Translations under genes and position numbers: made by a program | Shown here: positions 9,866 through 19,800 of the stretch, piece after piece | Layout: each line of letters starts with the position of its first letter | How positions within the stretch are numbered: the stretch's first letter is position 1 | Notes under the pieces: generated by a model | What the model was told of the DNA's origin: nothing | Database searches by the model: none | The model's input: only the letters and a program-made list of their open reading frames with translations | Assembly: GCA_043775355.1 (NCBI GenBank) | Contig: JAYVSL010000007.1 | Location: forward strand, 4,586-68,585 | DNA: 64,000 bases | DNA from: Planctomycetota bacterium | GTDB taxonomy: Bacteria > Planctomycetota > UBA11346 | Reading direction: 5' to 3'

Positions 9866-10759
9866 TCAGAGGAAATCGAGCAAGGACGGGCGTAGAACCT
9901 TTGCTCCGGCTTTCAACCCAGCCTCCAACGCCACCTGTGCCAGCTGCATCTGAGAGATAATCTCTGGAAAATCAGCATCTTCAGCCGCGCTGACCAAGCC
10001 ATCGAGGTTCACCTTGGCTGATTCCAGTTGATTGCGAGCTAACTCCAGCCGCTGTTCCGTACCACCAAGCGCACCATGGAGATCATTTAGATGCGAATGA
10101 GCGTCATCGACGGTTTGCACGAGTCCGGTAATCTTGGACGCATCGTTCGCACGCAGCGCGTCACGCAAATCCACCAACGAACCAAAAATGTCGACCTGCT
10201 GTTTGAACAACGTGTTGCCATCTTGGTTCACATTCACTTGTGAGCCTGGGCCAACCTGAACTTCGAAAGTGTCAAGATTGCCTTGGTAATCCACCGTCGT
10301 GCCATCAGCGCTGCGGACAAATGGTTGGGTAAAAGTCGCCGTGCCTGAAAAAAGATAGCGACCGTCATGAACCGTGTTGGCAAGATCCACCAAGCGCGTC
10401 AATAATGAATCGACACTTTGTCCCAGCGCTTTTCGACTAGCTGCATCTTGGGTGCCGTTGGCTCCTTGTACGGCTAATGATTTGGCATCATCAAGCACCT
10501 GCGACATTTGTTCCATCGCAGAGTCACTGGCAGTAATAAACGAATCGCCTTTGGAAATATTGTCGAGATACTTGGTCGTCTGCATGGATTCCGCTCGATA
10601 ACGCAGCGCTGAACGCGCCGCACCCGGATCGTCACTGACTTGATTGATGCGCTTACCAGAGGAAAGTTGTTCCTGATAATTCGCCAATCGTGCAATGGTC
10701 CGCTGGTTGTCTGCCAGGACCGTATTATTGATAGCATTGATAGTAACGCGTTCAGACAT
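9866..10759 (-). CDS. flgL: flagellar hook-associated protein 3 (hook-filament junction)
   Basis: Flagellin-like N-terminus ...LANYQEQLSSGKRINQVSDDPGAA... It lies directly downstream of flgK. Confidence 0.85.
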   Translation of the reverse strand: MSERVTINAINNTVLADNQRTIARLANYQEQLSSGKRINQVSDDPGAARSALRYRAESMQTTKYLDNISKGDSFITASDSAMEQMSQVLDDAKSLAVQGANGTQDAASRKALGQSVDSLLTRLVDLANTVHDGRYLFSGTATFTQPFVRSADGTTVDYQGNLDTFEVQVGPGSQVNVNQDGNTLFKQQVDIFGSLVDLRDALRANDASKITGLVQTVDDAHSHLNDLHGALGGTEQRLELARNQLESAKVNLDGLVSAAEDADFPEIISQMQLAQVALEAGLKAGAKVLRPSLLDFL

Positions 10760-10782
10760 GATGTTCTCCTACGCTGAAAGGG

Positions 10783-13233
10783 TCAGCGCACCAGATCCAG
10801 CAAAGTGGTGATATTTTCTTTTGCGGTGGTGATAATGCGCGCTGAGGCCGTGTAGGCTTGCTGCATCAGAATGAGGTTTGCGACTTCCTCATCAATCGAG
10901 ACGCCGCTCGTTTGTTGACGTTGATTCTCCAACGCCGTGCCCAAGGCTTGTTGATTATCTTTCAACCGTTTGGTGTCAGCGACGCGAACTCCCAGGCCAG
11001 TGATGGTGGTATGATAAAAATCTTCCAGCGTACTCTTCCCATCGCCAAATATGCGGTCCTGTCGAATAGCGCTCATATTCCGCAGATTAGAATTGTCCCC
11101 CTCTGAACGCGAGGAAGCGATACCCAAGCGATTCGGATCTTTGCGCAACTCCTCGCTAACCGACAACGTCGATGCGCTATCACCACTAAACATGGTGTTA
11201 ATACCAAGCGCGGGCAAAAGTCGCGCTTGGTCCGGTTCCGCGTCCACGGTGAACGACACTTCATTCCCTGGAGTGCTGAGTGTCCCAGCTCCAAAAACCG
11301 CATAAACGCCGTCGGCGATTTGCACGGGTGAACCTGCCTTCATTTTGTCGTCGAGCACCCGTTGAATGGTTTGCGCAACCGGCGCATCTGCTGGACCGCT
11401 GAAATACGAAAACTCAACCAGCGGCGCACCCGTCGTGGCACCGATCGTGCCACTGGTAATAACTCGCATCGACCAGTCTTGCCCTGGGGCAAAGCTTACC
11501 GCACCCGTATAACGACCTGAAATTTTCAACGTCGCATCACCCTGCGTCCATTCCTGCACCTGGGTTTTACTTCCTCCAAACGCGGTTCCCGTGCTATCGA
11601 AGTCGACTGAAAATTGTTCGCCGTTGTGATAATTCGATGCGACCGGAGTCAGCGTCAGGCCCAATGATCCAATCACCCCAGCGCCACCACCAAGCGCTAA
11701 AGAAGCTCCGTAGGGCTGTGAAGAACCATCGATCGCACTCTGTACGCTGGCTTGCAACGTATTGCCAACCACGGTGAAAACCACGCGTTGGTTCGCCAAA
11801 TTCAGATCAGTTCCCGACACGGTGGTCGCACCACTCGTCCAGGCGCCAGTGGTTGGAGCCAGATCAAGCGCTGCACTGAAGTCGATCGATTTGCCGCCTG
11901 CTGCTGAGAGTTCGAGACGATAGCCGCCATCAATCGGCACCTTGCGCGCCGTGACGTTATGAATGCCACCCGCATTGGATGGGTACAACGTAAAGCCGCC
12001 GGAGGGAGTCGATCTGCCCGTGTTGATCGCCGAGACGATGTCATCAAGCGAACGAACTCCGCCGCCCGTCGCGGGATCGTAACGGAGCGTGTATTTCTCC
12101 GCCGTTTTCGTGGTCGGATCATACACATTAATGGTTAAGTTACGGGCCACGTCGTTACCGTTGGCGTCAGTAAAACTTGGTAAAAATGCAGATGACAACC
12201 CAGGCGTTCCTGATTCCCCTTTCACTTGCAAAATACTATCAAGATTCGTCGCTGTGAGCGAACCATCGATCGCGTTCTCGGAAGTGAATGCACTCGCACG
12301 AAAAGCGTTATTCGTACCGGTGGATTGTCGCGCGTTCATTTCGAGCGCTAAGGTCGTGCTTACGGTATTGATATCATCGATTAAACCAGGAATAATTCGT
12401 TGATGAAGATCCAGCACGGCACCAATACCGCCGCCAGTAGCGCTGATACCAACCTTATTCGATGCCAGCAGGGTCAATGAGCCATCTGGCTGCGAACCCA
12501 CTGACAATTGCTCTGCATAATCACGACCGACCAACAACGTACCACCCGAGTCGATCATCACCGAGCTATCCGCAAGATTATGCCGCACGCGAAGATCCAA
12601 ATGCTCAGACAGTTGATTGATCAGCGAATCGCGTCGATCAAGCAGATCATTGGGGTTATTGCCGGTTAAGCTCAGGTCGCGGATTTGTTGATTAATACCG
12701 GAAATCTGCGTAGTCAGATTGTTGACCTCAGAAACCTCTGATTCCAAACTACCACGAAGATCATCGCGCAAATTTTGCAGACGATCGCCCAATCCGTTCA
12801 TAGTCGAAGTAAAGGTCCCCATTTGTGCAACAACACTACTACGCAACGCGGTAGACTCTGGGTTATTCGAAAGATCTTCAAAACTCGAAAAAAGAGTATT
12901 GATCGTCGCCGAAAGTCCGGTGTCGCCAGGCTCATTGAAGGTTTGTTCTGCTGCCGTTAACGTTTGATCTAAGGCGCCAAGACGTTTGGTTTCACTTTGG
13001 GACTGACGAAGCCGCTCAATGATTAAATCGTTCGCTACACGTTTGATCGCGTCGACCGTAACGCCGCGCCCGATTTGACCGAGGGCCACATTTTCAGGCG
13101 AGTTTGCCGCCAGATCGGCCCGCTGCCGAGTATATCCCGGAGTGGTCGCGTTAGCGATATTATGACTCGCTACCTCAATCGCCCGTTGGTGCGCTTGAAG
13201 TCCCGATAAGCCGATCAGCATGGAATCAGGCAT
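10783..13233 (-). CDS. flgK: flagellar hook-associated protein 1
   Basis: N-terminus LIGLSGLQAHQRAIEVASHNIANATTPGYTRQ and C-terminus SGVSIDEEVANLILMQQAYTASARIITT fit FlgK. The 816-aa size reflects a large variable middle. Confidence 0.9.
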   Translation of the reverse strand: MPDSMLIGLSGLQAHQRAIEVASHNIANATTPGYTRQRADLAANSPENVALGQIGRGVTVDAIKRVANDLIIERLRQSQSETKRLGALDQTLTAAEQTFNEPGDTGLSATINTLFSSFEDLSNNPESTALRSSVVAQMGTFTSTMNGLGDRLQNLRDDLRGSLESEVSEVNNLTTQISGINQQIRDLSLTGNNPNDLLDRRDSLINQLSEHLDLRVRHNLADSSVMIDSGGTLLVGRDYAEQLSVGSQPDGSLTLLASNKVGISATGGGIGAVLDLHQRIIPGLIDDINTVSTTLALEMNARQSTGTNNAFRASAFTSENAIDGSLTATNLDSILQVKGESGTPGLSSAFLPSFTDANGNDVARNLTINVYDPTTKTAEKYTLRYDPATGGGVRSLDDIVSAINTGRSTPSGGFTLYPSNAGGIHNVTARKVPIDGGYRLELSAAGGKSIDFSAALDLAPTTGAWTSGATTVSGTDLNLANQRVVFTVVGNTLQASVQSAIDGSSQPYGASLALGGGAGVIGSLGLTLTPVASNYHNGEQFSVDFDSTGTAFGGSKTQVQEWTQGDATLKISGRYTGAVSFAPGQDWSMRVITSGTIGATTGAPLVEFSYFSGPADAPVAQTIQRVLDDKMKAGSPVQIADGVYAVFGAGTLSTPGNEVSFTVDAEPDQARLLPALGINTMFSGDSASTLSVSEELRKDPNRLGIASSRSEGDNSNLRNMSAIRQDRIFGDGKSTLEDFYHTTITGLGVRVADTKRLKDNQQALGTALENQRQQTSGVSIDEEVANLILMQQAYTASARIITTAKENITTLLDLVR

Positions 13234-13290
13234 AGTGCCTCCGGAGTGTTCTCAGAGGTACAACGCACACTCCGTGCCTATTCATCTGTT

Positions 13291-13306
13291 AGCTGTTTGA
13301 TTGCCA
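13291..13306 (-). promoter_or_regulatory. candidate sigma-54 (-24/-12) promoter upstream of flgK
   Basis: The minus strand reads TGGCAAtcaaaCAGCt. GG/GC spacing is correct but the -12 element is weaker. It lies about 59 nt upstream of the flgK ATG. Confidence 0.35.
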
Positions 13307-13333
13307 ATCGTGGGTAAACCGCACGAAACGATG

Positions 13334-13368
13334 GCAAAAAAACATGGCGCAGGTCATTGACCTGCGCC
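13334..13368 (-). terminator. rho-independent terminator after flgN
   Basis: The minus strand reads ggcgcaggtc-aatg-acctgcgcc followed by atgttttttt. It sits 35-70 nt downstream of the flgN stop. Confidence 0.65.
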
Positions 13369-13401
13369 TCTCTGTGAGGTCTTCCCGTCTAAAATAATTC
13401 C

Positions 13402-13905
13402 TTAGCCGGCGAGATTCACTAGTCGACCATTTCCAGTCCGATTGCCTTCCTGACCACGACGATCATACCCACCTTGAACGGGTTCGCCGGTCAGCGTTCC
13501 CACCAATTCGCGAACAAATCCCAAGCCTTGACGAACTAACGATTGATTGCGTTCGTGGACCACCCGCAATTTCAACAACGTGTCTTTGAGCACCACGTGG
13601 CGAGCTGACAACTCGCTCTTCAGTGGTTCTGCCGCCAAGGTAATCACTTCGCTAATCGACAGTGGTTTGGCCGTGCGTTGCAGCATAGTCGCGAAACCAG
13701 TCAGTATTCGTTCACGTGACTTTCGCAGCCGGCTCTGTTCAACGATCAATGGCTCACTTTTTGCCACGAGATCAGCAAACTGCTCCATATGGTTGGCGAT
13801 CAATTCTCGTTGCTGGAGTTCTGCATTCGCCAATAAACTTCGATGACATGCCAATTCCATGGTCAAGTGATCACGTAGGGCCGGTAGCAAATCGGTGGGA
13901 TTCAT
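13402..13905 (-). CDS. flgN: FlgN-like flagellar export chaperone
   Basis: 167-aa helical protein. The N-terminus LLPALRDHLTMELACHRSLLANAELQQRELI resembles FlgN. It lies between the rod-binding gene and flgK and overlaps the upstream gene by 4 nt. Confidence 0.55.
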   Translation of the reverse strand: MNPTDLLPALRDHLTMELACHRSLLANAELQQRELIANHMEQFADLVAKSEPLIVEQSRLRKSRERILTGFATMLQRTAKPLSISEVITLAAEPLKSELSARHVVLKDTLLKLRVVHERNQSLVRQGLGFVRELVGTLTGEPVQGGYDRRGQEGNRTGNGRLVNLAG

Positions 13906-14225
13906 GGCTTGATCTCCTTCGTGTGAGCATTCGGCGTAGCCGACAGACCAGCGCGAGCTGAAAGTTCTTTAAAGACTAGGTCCGCTATACCGAGACCTCC
14001 GGCAGACTGTTCGCTCAAGGCGCTATGATAAAGACTTTTGAATTGAGAAGTTGCCGAATCTCCGCCCATTATCGGCTCATCATCAAGCGTGTGCTCATCC
14101 AGTGGCTTGAGTATGTGCTGCAAAAAGGTCGCTTCGAACTGCGCCGCAGCCTTATGTAAGTGTGCGACTTTATCGCCGCCACCTGGGCGTAAGCCTCCGC
14201 CTTGGGTCAGTGCGAGATCAGACAT
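13902..14225 (-). CDS. rod-binding protein (FlgJ N-terminal-domain type, no muramidase domain)
   Basis: 107 aa. AAAQFEATFLQHILKPL matches the rod-binding domain pattern. The start overlaps the flgI stop (TAATG). Confidence 0.65.
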   Translation of the reverse strand: MSDLALTQGGGLRPGGGDKVAHLHKAAAQFEATFLQHILKPLDEHTLDDEPIMGGDSATSQFKSLYHSALSEQSAGGLGIADLVFKELSARAGLSATPNAHTKEIKP

Positions 14226-15589
14226 TACATCACCACCAGTTCGGCATGAAGAGCGCCCGCGCGCTGAATGGCCTCGAAGATCGCGACTAAATCTCTAGGG
14301 CGCGCACCCAGCGCATTTAAACCATTGGCGATGTCTTCAACGGTTGCGCCTGACAACACGCTGAAGGTTCCTGGCTGCGGCGTCGGCGTAATACCAGGTG
14401 GTGGATTCGGTGAGCGTTGACGCGTGAGCGGATCGACCCACGCCACGGTATCGATGACTTTATTGCGATCATTGGGATCGGCACGGCGTTCGACCACTGG
14501 GCTGACGCGCAGAGATAAACCGCCATGACTGACCGCGACTTCGCTGATACGCACCTGACTGCCAGCAACCACCGTTCCTGTACGAGCATTGATAACTACG
14601 CGAGCTCGCATGTCAGGCGCCACCCGTAATTGCTGCAACTGGGCAATGGTTTCTACTAACAACGTTTCACTGGGTTTTTCAGCAAATCCTAAGGTGATCA
14701 TGGTGGCGTCTTCAGCGATGACGTGTTCAACACCATATTTTTCTCCCAACACCCGTGCCACCCGACTGGCGGTGGTGAAATCGGAATCTTTCAACACCAA
14801 GCGCAGACGATCACCATACAATAAATTGACTGGGACTTCCCGTTCAACCATCGCCCCAGCGGTCAATGTACCCACGGTTTCAATGTTTTTGTGATCGATG
14901 CCGGTCGCTGCGATATTTGGCCCAGCACTACCGAATCCACCGACCGATACCGTTCCTTGACCCACGGCGTAGATACGTTCGTCGGCCGCCACTAAAGGCG
15001 TCTGTAATAACACGCCGCCCTTCAGCGAACTGGCATCTCCAACACACGATATCTGCGTGTATAGCTTTGATCCATTGCGAGCAAAAGCCGGCAGATCGGC
15101 AGTCACCGCCACCATGGCCACGTTCTTCGACTGCAAATCGCTCTCTGAAAAGCTGAGATGTTTTGTCGCCAAGAGTTGACGCAGCATCCGCACCGTCGCA
15201 GGAGTCTTGTCACCGGTGCCTGACAGACCAACCACCACACCGATTCCATGCAATTGATTGTCGCGAACCCCGTAAATATCGCACAAATCTTTCAGGCGAA
15301 CGCCATTGGCATCCGACAACGCGACAGTTGCTGCTGCGGATGTTTCGCTGACTGGTGCTTCTACCGCACCGAGTTCAGCGAACCCAACGATAACCAACGC
15401 TAAAACCAAACTATTGAGCCGCGTCAGCACACGTACGGTACTTTCGTCGTCGCCCGTGCGCTGGGTTCGCCGACGACGGTGCACACTTTTTGGTGAGGAG
15501 GTGGCACTGAGTTCTTGCTGTTGCCGACGCATCGCTGCGCCAGCGAGCACCAGAATGATCAGATCCATATCAAAAAAAATGTATCGCAT
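14225..15589 (-). CDS. flgI: flagellar P-ring protein
   Basis: VRLKDLCDIYGVRDNQLHGIGVVVGLSGTGD...GARPRDLVAIFEAIQRAGALHAELVVM is typical FlgI. The real start is probably internal (e.g. MRRQQQ at 15532), ahead of the signal peptide LNSLVLALVIVGFAELGAVEA. Confidence 0.9.
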   Translation of the reverse strand: MRYIFFDMDLIILVLAGAAMRRQQQELSATSSPKSVHRRRRTQRTGDDESTVRVLTRLNSLVLALVIVGFAELGAVEAPVSETSAAATVALSDANGVRLKDLCDIYGVRDNQLHGIGVVVGLSGTGDKTPATVRMLRQLLATKHLSFSESDLQSKNVAMVAVTADLPAFARNGSKLYTQISCVGDASSLKGGVLLQTPLVAADERIYAVGQGTVSVGGFGSAGPNIAATGIDHKNIETVGTLTAGAMVEREVPVNLLYGDRLRLVLKDSDFTTASRVARVLGEKYGVEHVIAEDATMITLGFAEKPSETLLVETIAQLQQLRVAPDMRARVVINARTGTVVAGSQVRISEVAVSHGGLSLRVSPVVERRADPNDRNKVIDTVAWVDPLTRQRSPNPPPGITPTPQPGTFSVLSGATVEDIANGLNALGARPRDLVAIFEAIQRAGALHAELVVM

Positions 15590-15598
15590 GGTTCCGCC

Positions 15599-16228
15599 TT
15601 AAAAGGGCCACAGAATGTCGAGGATTTCACCAAGAAATCCTTCGTGCGAAGAGCGACTGAGCGGCCCTTCTCCGACAATGGAAACCTGAAAGTTGTGCAA
15701 CTTTTCTGAAAGCACGGTGTTGTTCGCTTGGATATCAGCGGTGCGAATGATGCCGGTGATCAGGATGGTTTTCGTATCGTTGCCGACTTTTACCGAACGA
15801 CGGCCCTCAACCAGCAAGTTACCATTATCAAGAACATCAATCACCCGACCGGTTATCACTGCCTTCACTTCACCTTCAGCCTCGAATTTGCCCTCACCTT
15901 TAAAATCTTTGGATGAAGCCGCTTTCAAAGCAGGTAATTTTCCGGCTGACGCGGTGCCAACTGCAGCAGGTAATTGATTGGTGCCCGGCACCAAAGAAAC
16001 CGACGCATCGAGCGTGTTTTCACGCTTGTTTTGTGCTTTTTGACTTTCGCTAATCGACGTGGTTTCCTTCACCACAATGGTGATCAGATCACCAGCACGC
16101 CGAGCCACCTGATCCGAATACAACGTGCCGTCGGCCAGAGTTTCGGCCTTGAACAGGCTTTCCGCCTGTAAGCAAGCCGCGCTGGCCAGCAAAAACGGAA
16201 CCAGCAGATGTGGTGATGACCGTCGCAT
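15599..16228 (-). CDS. flgH: flagellar L-ring lipoprotein
   Basis: Lipobox LLASAAC is followed by GDLITIVVKETTS...ITGRVIDVLDNGNLLVEGRR...ITGIIRTADI, typical FlgH. Confidence 0.9.
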   Translation of the reverse strand: MRRSSPHLLVPFLLASAACLQAESLFKAETLADGTLYSDQVARRAGDLITIVVKETTSISESQKAQNKRENTLDASVSLVPGTNQLPAAVGTASAGKLPALKAASSKDFKGEGKFEAEGEVKAVITGRVIDVLDNGNLLVEGRRSVKVGNDTKTILITGIIRTADIQANNTVLSEKLHNFQVSIVGEGPLSRSSHEGFLGEILDILWPF

Positions 16229-16282
16229 GTGTCGTGCCTCCCAGCGGTTTCCCGCTTGAGGGGGCCCGCTGGACCACCTAAC

Positions 16283-16297
16283 GCAATGGCTGTGCCA
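16283..16297 (-). promoter_or_regulatory. sigma-54 (-24/-12) promoter upstream of flgH
   Basis: The minus strand reads TGGCACagccaTTGC, an exact match to consensus TGGCAC-N5-TTGC. It lies about 55 nt upstream of the flgH ATG. Confidence 0.6.
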
Positions 16298-16325
16298 GGA
16301 TTAACGCACTGGCCGCAGAACGCCC

Positions 16326-16652
16326 TCAACGCACCAGTGCAAGCGCCCTTTCGAGATCCAAAGTGAGATCGAACACGCGTTCCAGCTTGAGGATACGGAA
16401 TACCGCCTTGATGTTATCGGCGAGGTTCGACAGGACCACTTTGCCACCCGCAGTGGTGATCCGATTTCGCGTGGCGATGATCGCCGCGATGCTCACCGAA
16501 TTGAGAAAGGTGACCTGCGAGAGATCGAAAACGTAGCGCACGCGCCCCTTTTCAAGCAACGAATCAACGGATTTCATCAGCATTCCGCACTCTTCATTGA
16601 GCACCGTAATGATGGTGACGTGGTTCTCTTCGTGAATCTGCATAGACAACAT
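16326..16652 (-). CDS. STAS-domain anti-sigma-factor antagonist (SpoIIAA-like)
   Basis: 108 aa. The pattern VTIITVL...VRYVFDLSQVTFLNSVSIAAI...GGKVVLSNL...VFRILKLERVF fits the STAS fold. Confidence 0.8.
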   Translation of the reverse strand: MLSMQIHEENHVTIITVLNEECGMLMKSVDSLLEKGRVRYVFDLSQVTFLNSVSIAAIIATRNRITTAGGKVVLSNLADNIKAVFRILKLERVFDLTLDLERALALVR

Positions 16653-16825
16653 CCCTCAATAAATGAACCGTCGGACATCCGTCCACACAGCCATTGGTAA
16701 GAGATCTACCTGACGAAGACGCAGCGGTCCAGCGACCAATATGTAAACAAGCCACTCGTCAGATCTGATGTTGACTTATATGTTATCGTTTGTTATCTAT
16801 CGTCATCCACAAAAGGAGCCTTCCC

Positions 16826-19800
16826 ATGGATGCTTGTCCGATGACTCTCCCGCCCGTGTCAAACCAAACCAGCAATCTAGCTTCTTCCACCACTCCGCGA
16901 GGCCTCGGCGGACATCTGACCGCCTGCATCGTTGGAGCGGGCATCGATAATCTCTTCCGCCAGGTAGCACTTTTTCTATTTTCAGCAGTCGCTTACACGC
17001 AATTTCCGAACAATATGGATCTGGCCAAGCAACAAAGCGCGGCATACGGCGCATGGGCTCTGATACTTTTTAGTCTGCCATTCGTACTACTGGCTCCACT
17101 GGCTGGAAGCCTGGGTGACCGCTATCCCAAACACCACATTATTCGTGCTGCCAGGATCGCCGATGTGCCAATCGCAACCTTAGGAATCTGGGGTTTCGCC
17201 ATCTCAAGCCCAACTTTAATGCTCAGTGCATTGGCCCTCTTGGCGATCGCCAGCTCGTTTTTTGCCCCAACGAAACTCGCAGTTATCCCAGAACTGGTGC
17301 CACCCGAACGACTCGCTAAAGCCAACGCTATCATAGCCGCAGCTACCGTCATCGCGATCTTAGTCGGCACATGCCTTGCGATCAGCACAGATGCGAACCA
17401 AATCGAGAGTGTCCTAAAATTATTAGGCTTAAATTTTACGCCTTCAGCCACGGTGTGGTCACTGGCAATCGTGAGCACCATACTGTGCACCAGCGGAATC
17501 ATTGGTGCGTATCGGATCCCAGCACTCAAAGCACAAGCACCGCATACGCCAATCGCCATGCCATGGATGGTCATCACACAAATACGCGCACTGAATCACA
17601 ACCCAGGCACCTGGTCTGCTGCCCTTGCTCTGGCTGGATTTTGGGCACTGGGTGGTGCTGCGTTCGCCGGAATCAATACCATAGCAGACTTTACTTATAA
17701 ACTCAGCAGTGCAGAAACCATCGGTCTCTACCTTGCTATTGTCCTGGGCATGGCTGTCGGTTCGGTAATAGCTCCTCGACTGAATACTCGCGCTTTTCCT
17801 GCTGGACTTCCATTAATGGGAGCCCTCATTGCTGGATCTGCTTTTACACTTGCTGGAACAACCGCTGCAATTCACGACCAAACTTTACTGATGGCTGATC
17901 GTCATGCATTCATCATGGTTTTTTGGCTCTTTGTTACCGGAATCGGCTGCGGCCTATGGGAAGTGCCGGTCACCATTTTATTACAAGAACGTTCATTACC
18001 GTCTCAACGCAATCTGGTGATGGCAGCTGTCACTGTGCTCGGGAGTTTTGGTACCTTTATTTCTGCCGGAATCTGTCTCGGGCTCACTGCCGCTGGACTG
18101 ACGACCGCAATGACTTTCATAGTCTGCGGGGCATTTACGCTCGTAACCGCATGTGCTCTGTCCTGGCATTATCGTAAACAATGCGCTGGATGGTTTATGG
18201 CGCTCATCGTGAAAATCGCTTATGACGTCCGCGTCACAGGCGCAGAAAATCTTCCGCTCAGCGGCGGCTGCTTAGTCGTGTGCAATCATGTCAGCTACAG
18301 CGACGGAATTATTTTAGCGTCACATCTGCCGCGTCCTGGGCGATTTTTAGTCTACCGTCAATATACACAAATGCCGGTCGTCGGGCTTTTTCTACGCGCG
18401 GCTGGCGTCATCCCAGTAGCAGCGGAAGATTCTCGCCGAGCATTATTAGCGTCCATTGATGCCGCTATTGAAGCGGCCAAAGCCGGTGAAGTCGTGGTCA
18501 TTTTTCCCGAAGGAAAATTAACCCACAGCGGACAAATGGACACCTTCCGTTCGGGCTTAGAGCGCATTGCCTCGCGCGCTAACGTACCCGTGGTACCCGC
18601 GCATCTTGATGGACTGTGGGGCACCATTTCCAGTCGTTCATTAACATGGGCATTTCCGCGTCTTCAGCGTGCGGTATCCCTCAACATCGGAGCTCCTTTG
18701 CCATCAACGACGTCTGCCGCCGAAGCCCGCGCTCAAGTCATGGCCCTTAGCTATCAATCCGCGCAGGCGCAATCTGATCGCAATCACCGAACGCTCGGTG
18801 GAGAAGTTCTTTCCCGCATGCGCCGGCACCCTTTCCGCGCTGCCATCCGCGACGTCAACGGTGTTCTGAGTTATTGGAAACTCGTCGCCGTGGCACGAAT
18901 TCTTGCCGGACGCTTAGGCTTAGCCGATGACGAGCGCTGCGTTGGTTTGCTTCTCCCGCCAGGACGTGGCGGCGCGATGGCAAATCTTGCCCTCGCTTTG
19001 ATGGGACGAACAGCGGTTAACCTCAACCACACCGTTGGTCCCGTTCAACTCAAACGCATGTGCGAGATGGCTGGCATTCGTACGATCATCAGCGCCACAC
19101 CGTATCTGCGACGCATTGGCGACCCCGGTTTATCACAACGATTCGTCCAGCTTGATGTGGTGATGGAAAAAACGTCTGCATTTGCGGTCATCATGTCTGC
19201 ATGTGCGGCCTATGGTCTACCGAGCCGTCTGCTCAATCGCGCCAAAGCGACGGATGTTGCTGCGATCATTTTCAGCTCTGGTTCTACCGGCGATCCGAAA
19301 GGCGTTGAGCTGACGCATCGCCAAGTGCTCGCTAATATTTCAGCCGTCGCGCAAGGATTAGAAGTCTCTGGTGAACGAGACGTTTTGCTTAGCCCCCTAC
19401 CGCTGTTTCATAGTTTCGGTTTGGTGCCTGGCTTCTGGCTCGGCATGGTCTTGGGTATGCCCAGTGCGGCACATCCAGATCCGACTGATGCGAAGGCGCT
19501 CGGCGCGTTGGCAAAAGTAAGCGGCGCTACCTTCCTGATCAGCACACCTACGTTCGTCCGTGGCTACCTCCGTCGTATTGAACCTGAACAATTCAAAACT
19601 CTGCGTTTTGCCGTCGTCGGCGCTGAACGCTGTCCGCCAGATTTAAAGCAACAATTCCGCGAACGGTACGGTGCCGAACTCCTCGAAGGATATGGCTGCA
19701 CAGAACTTGGGCCCACCGTAACCGTCAATCTTTTACCGATCAAACGAGATGGCGTCACTGAAATTCGCAGTCGCGATGGCGCCGTCGGTCGACCACTTCC

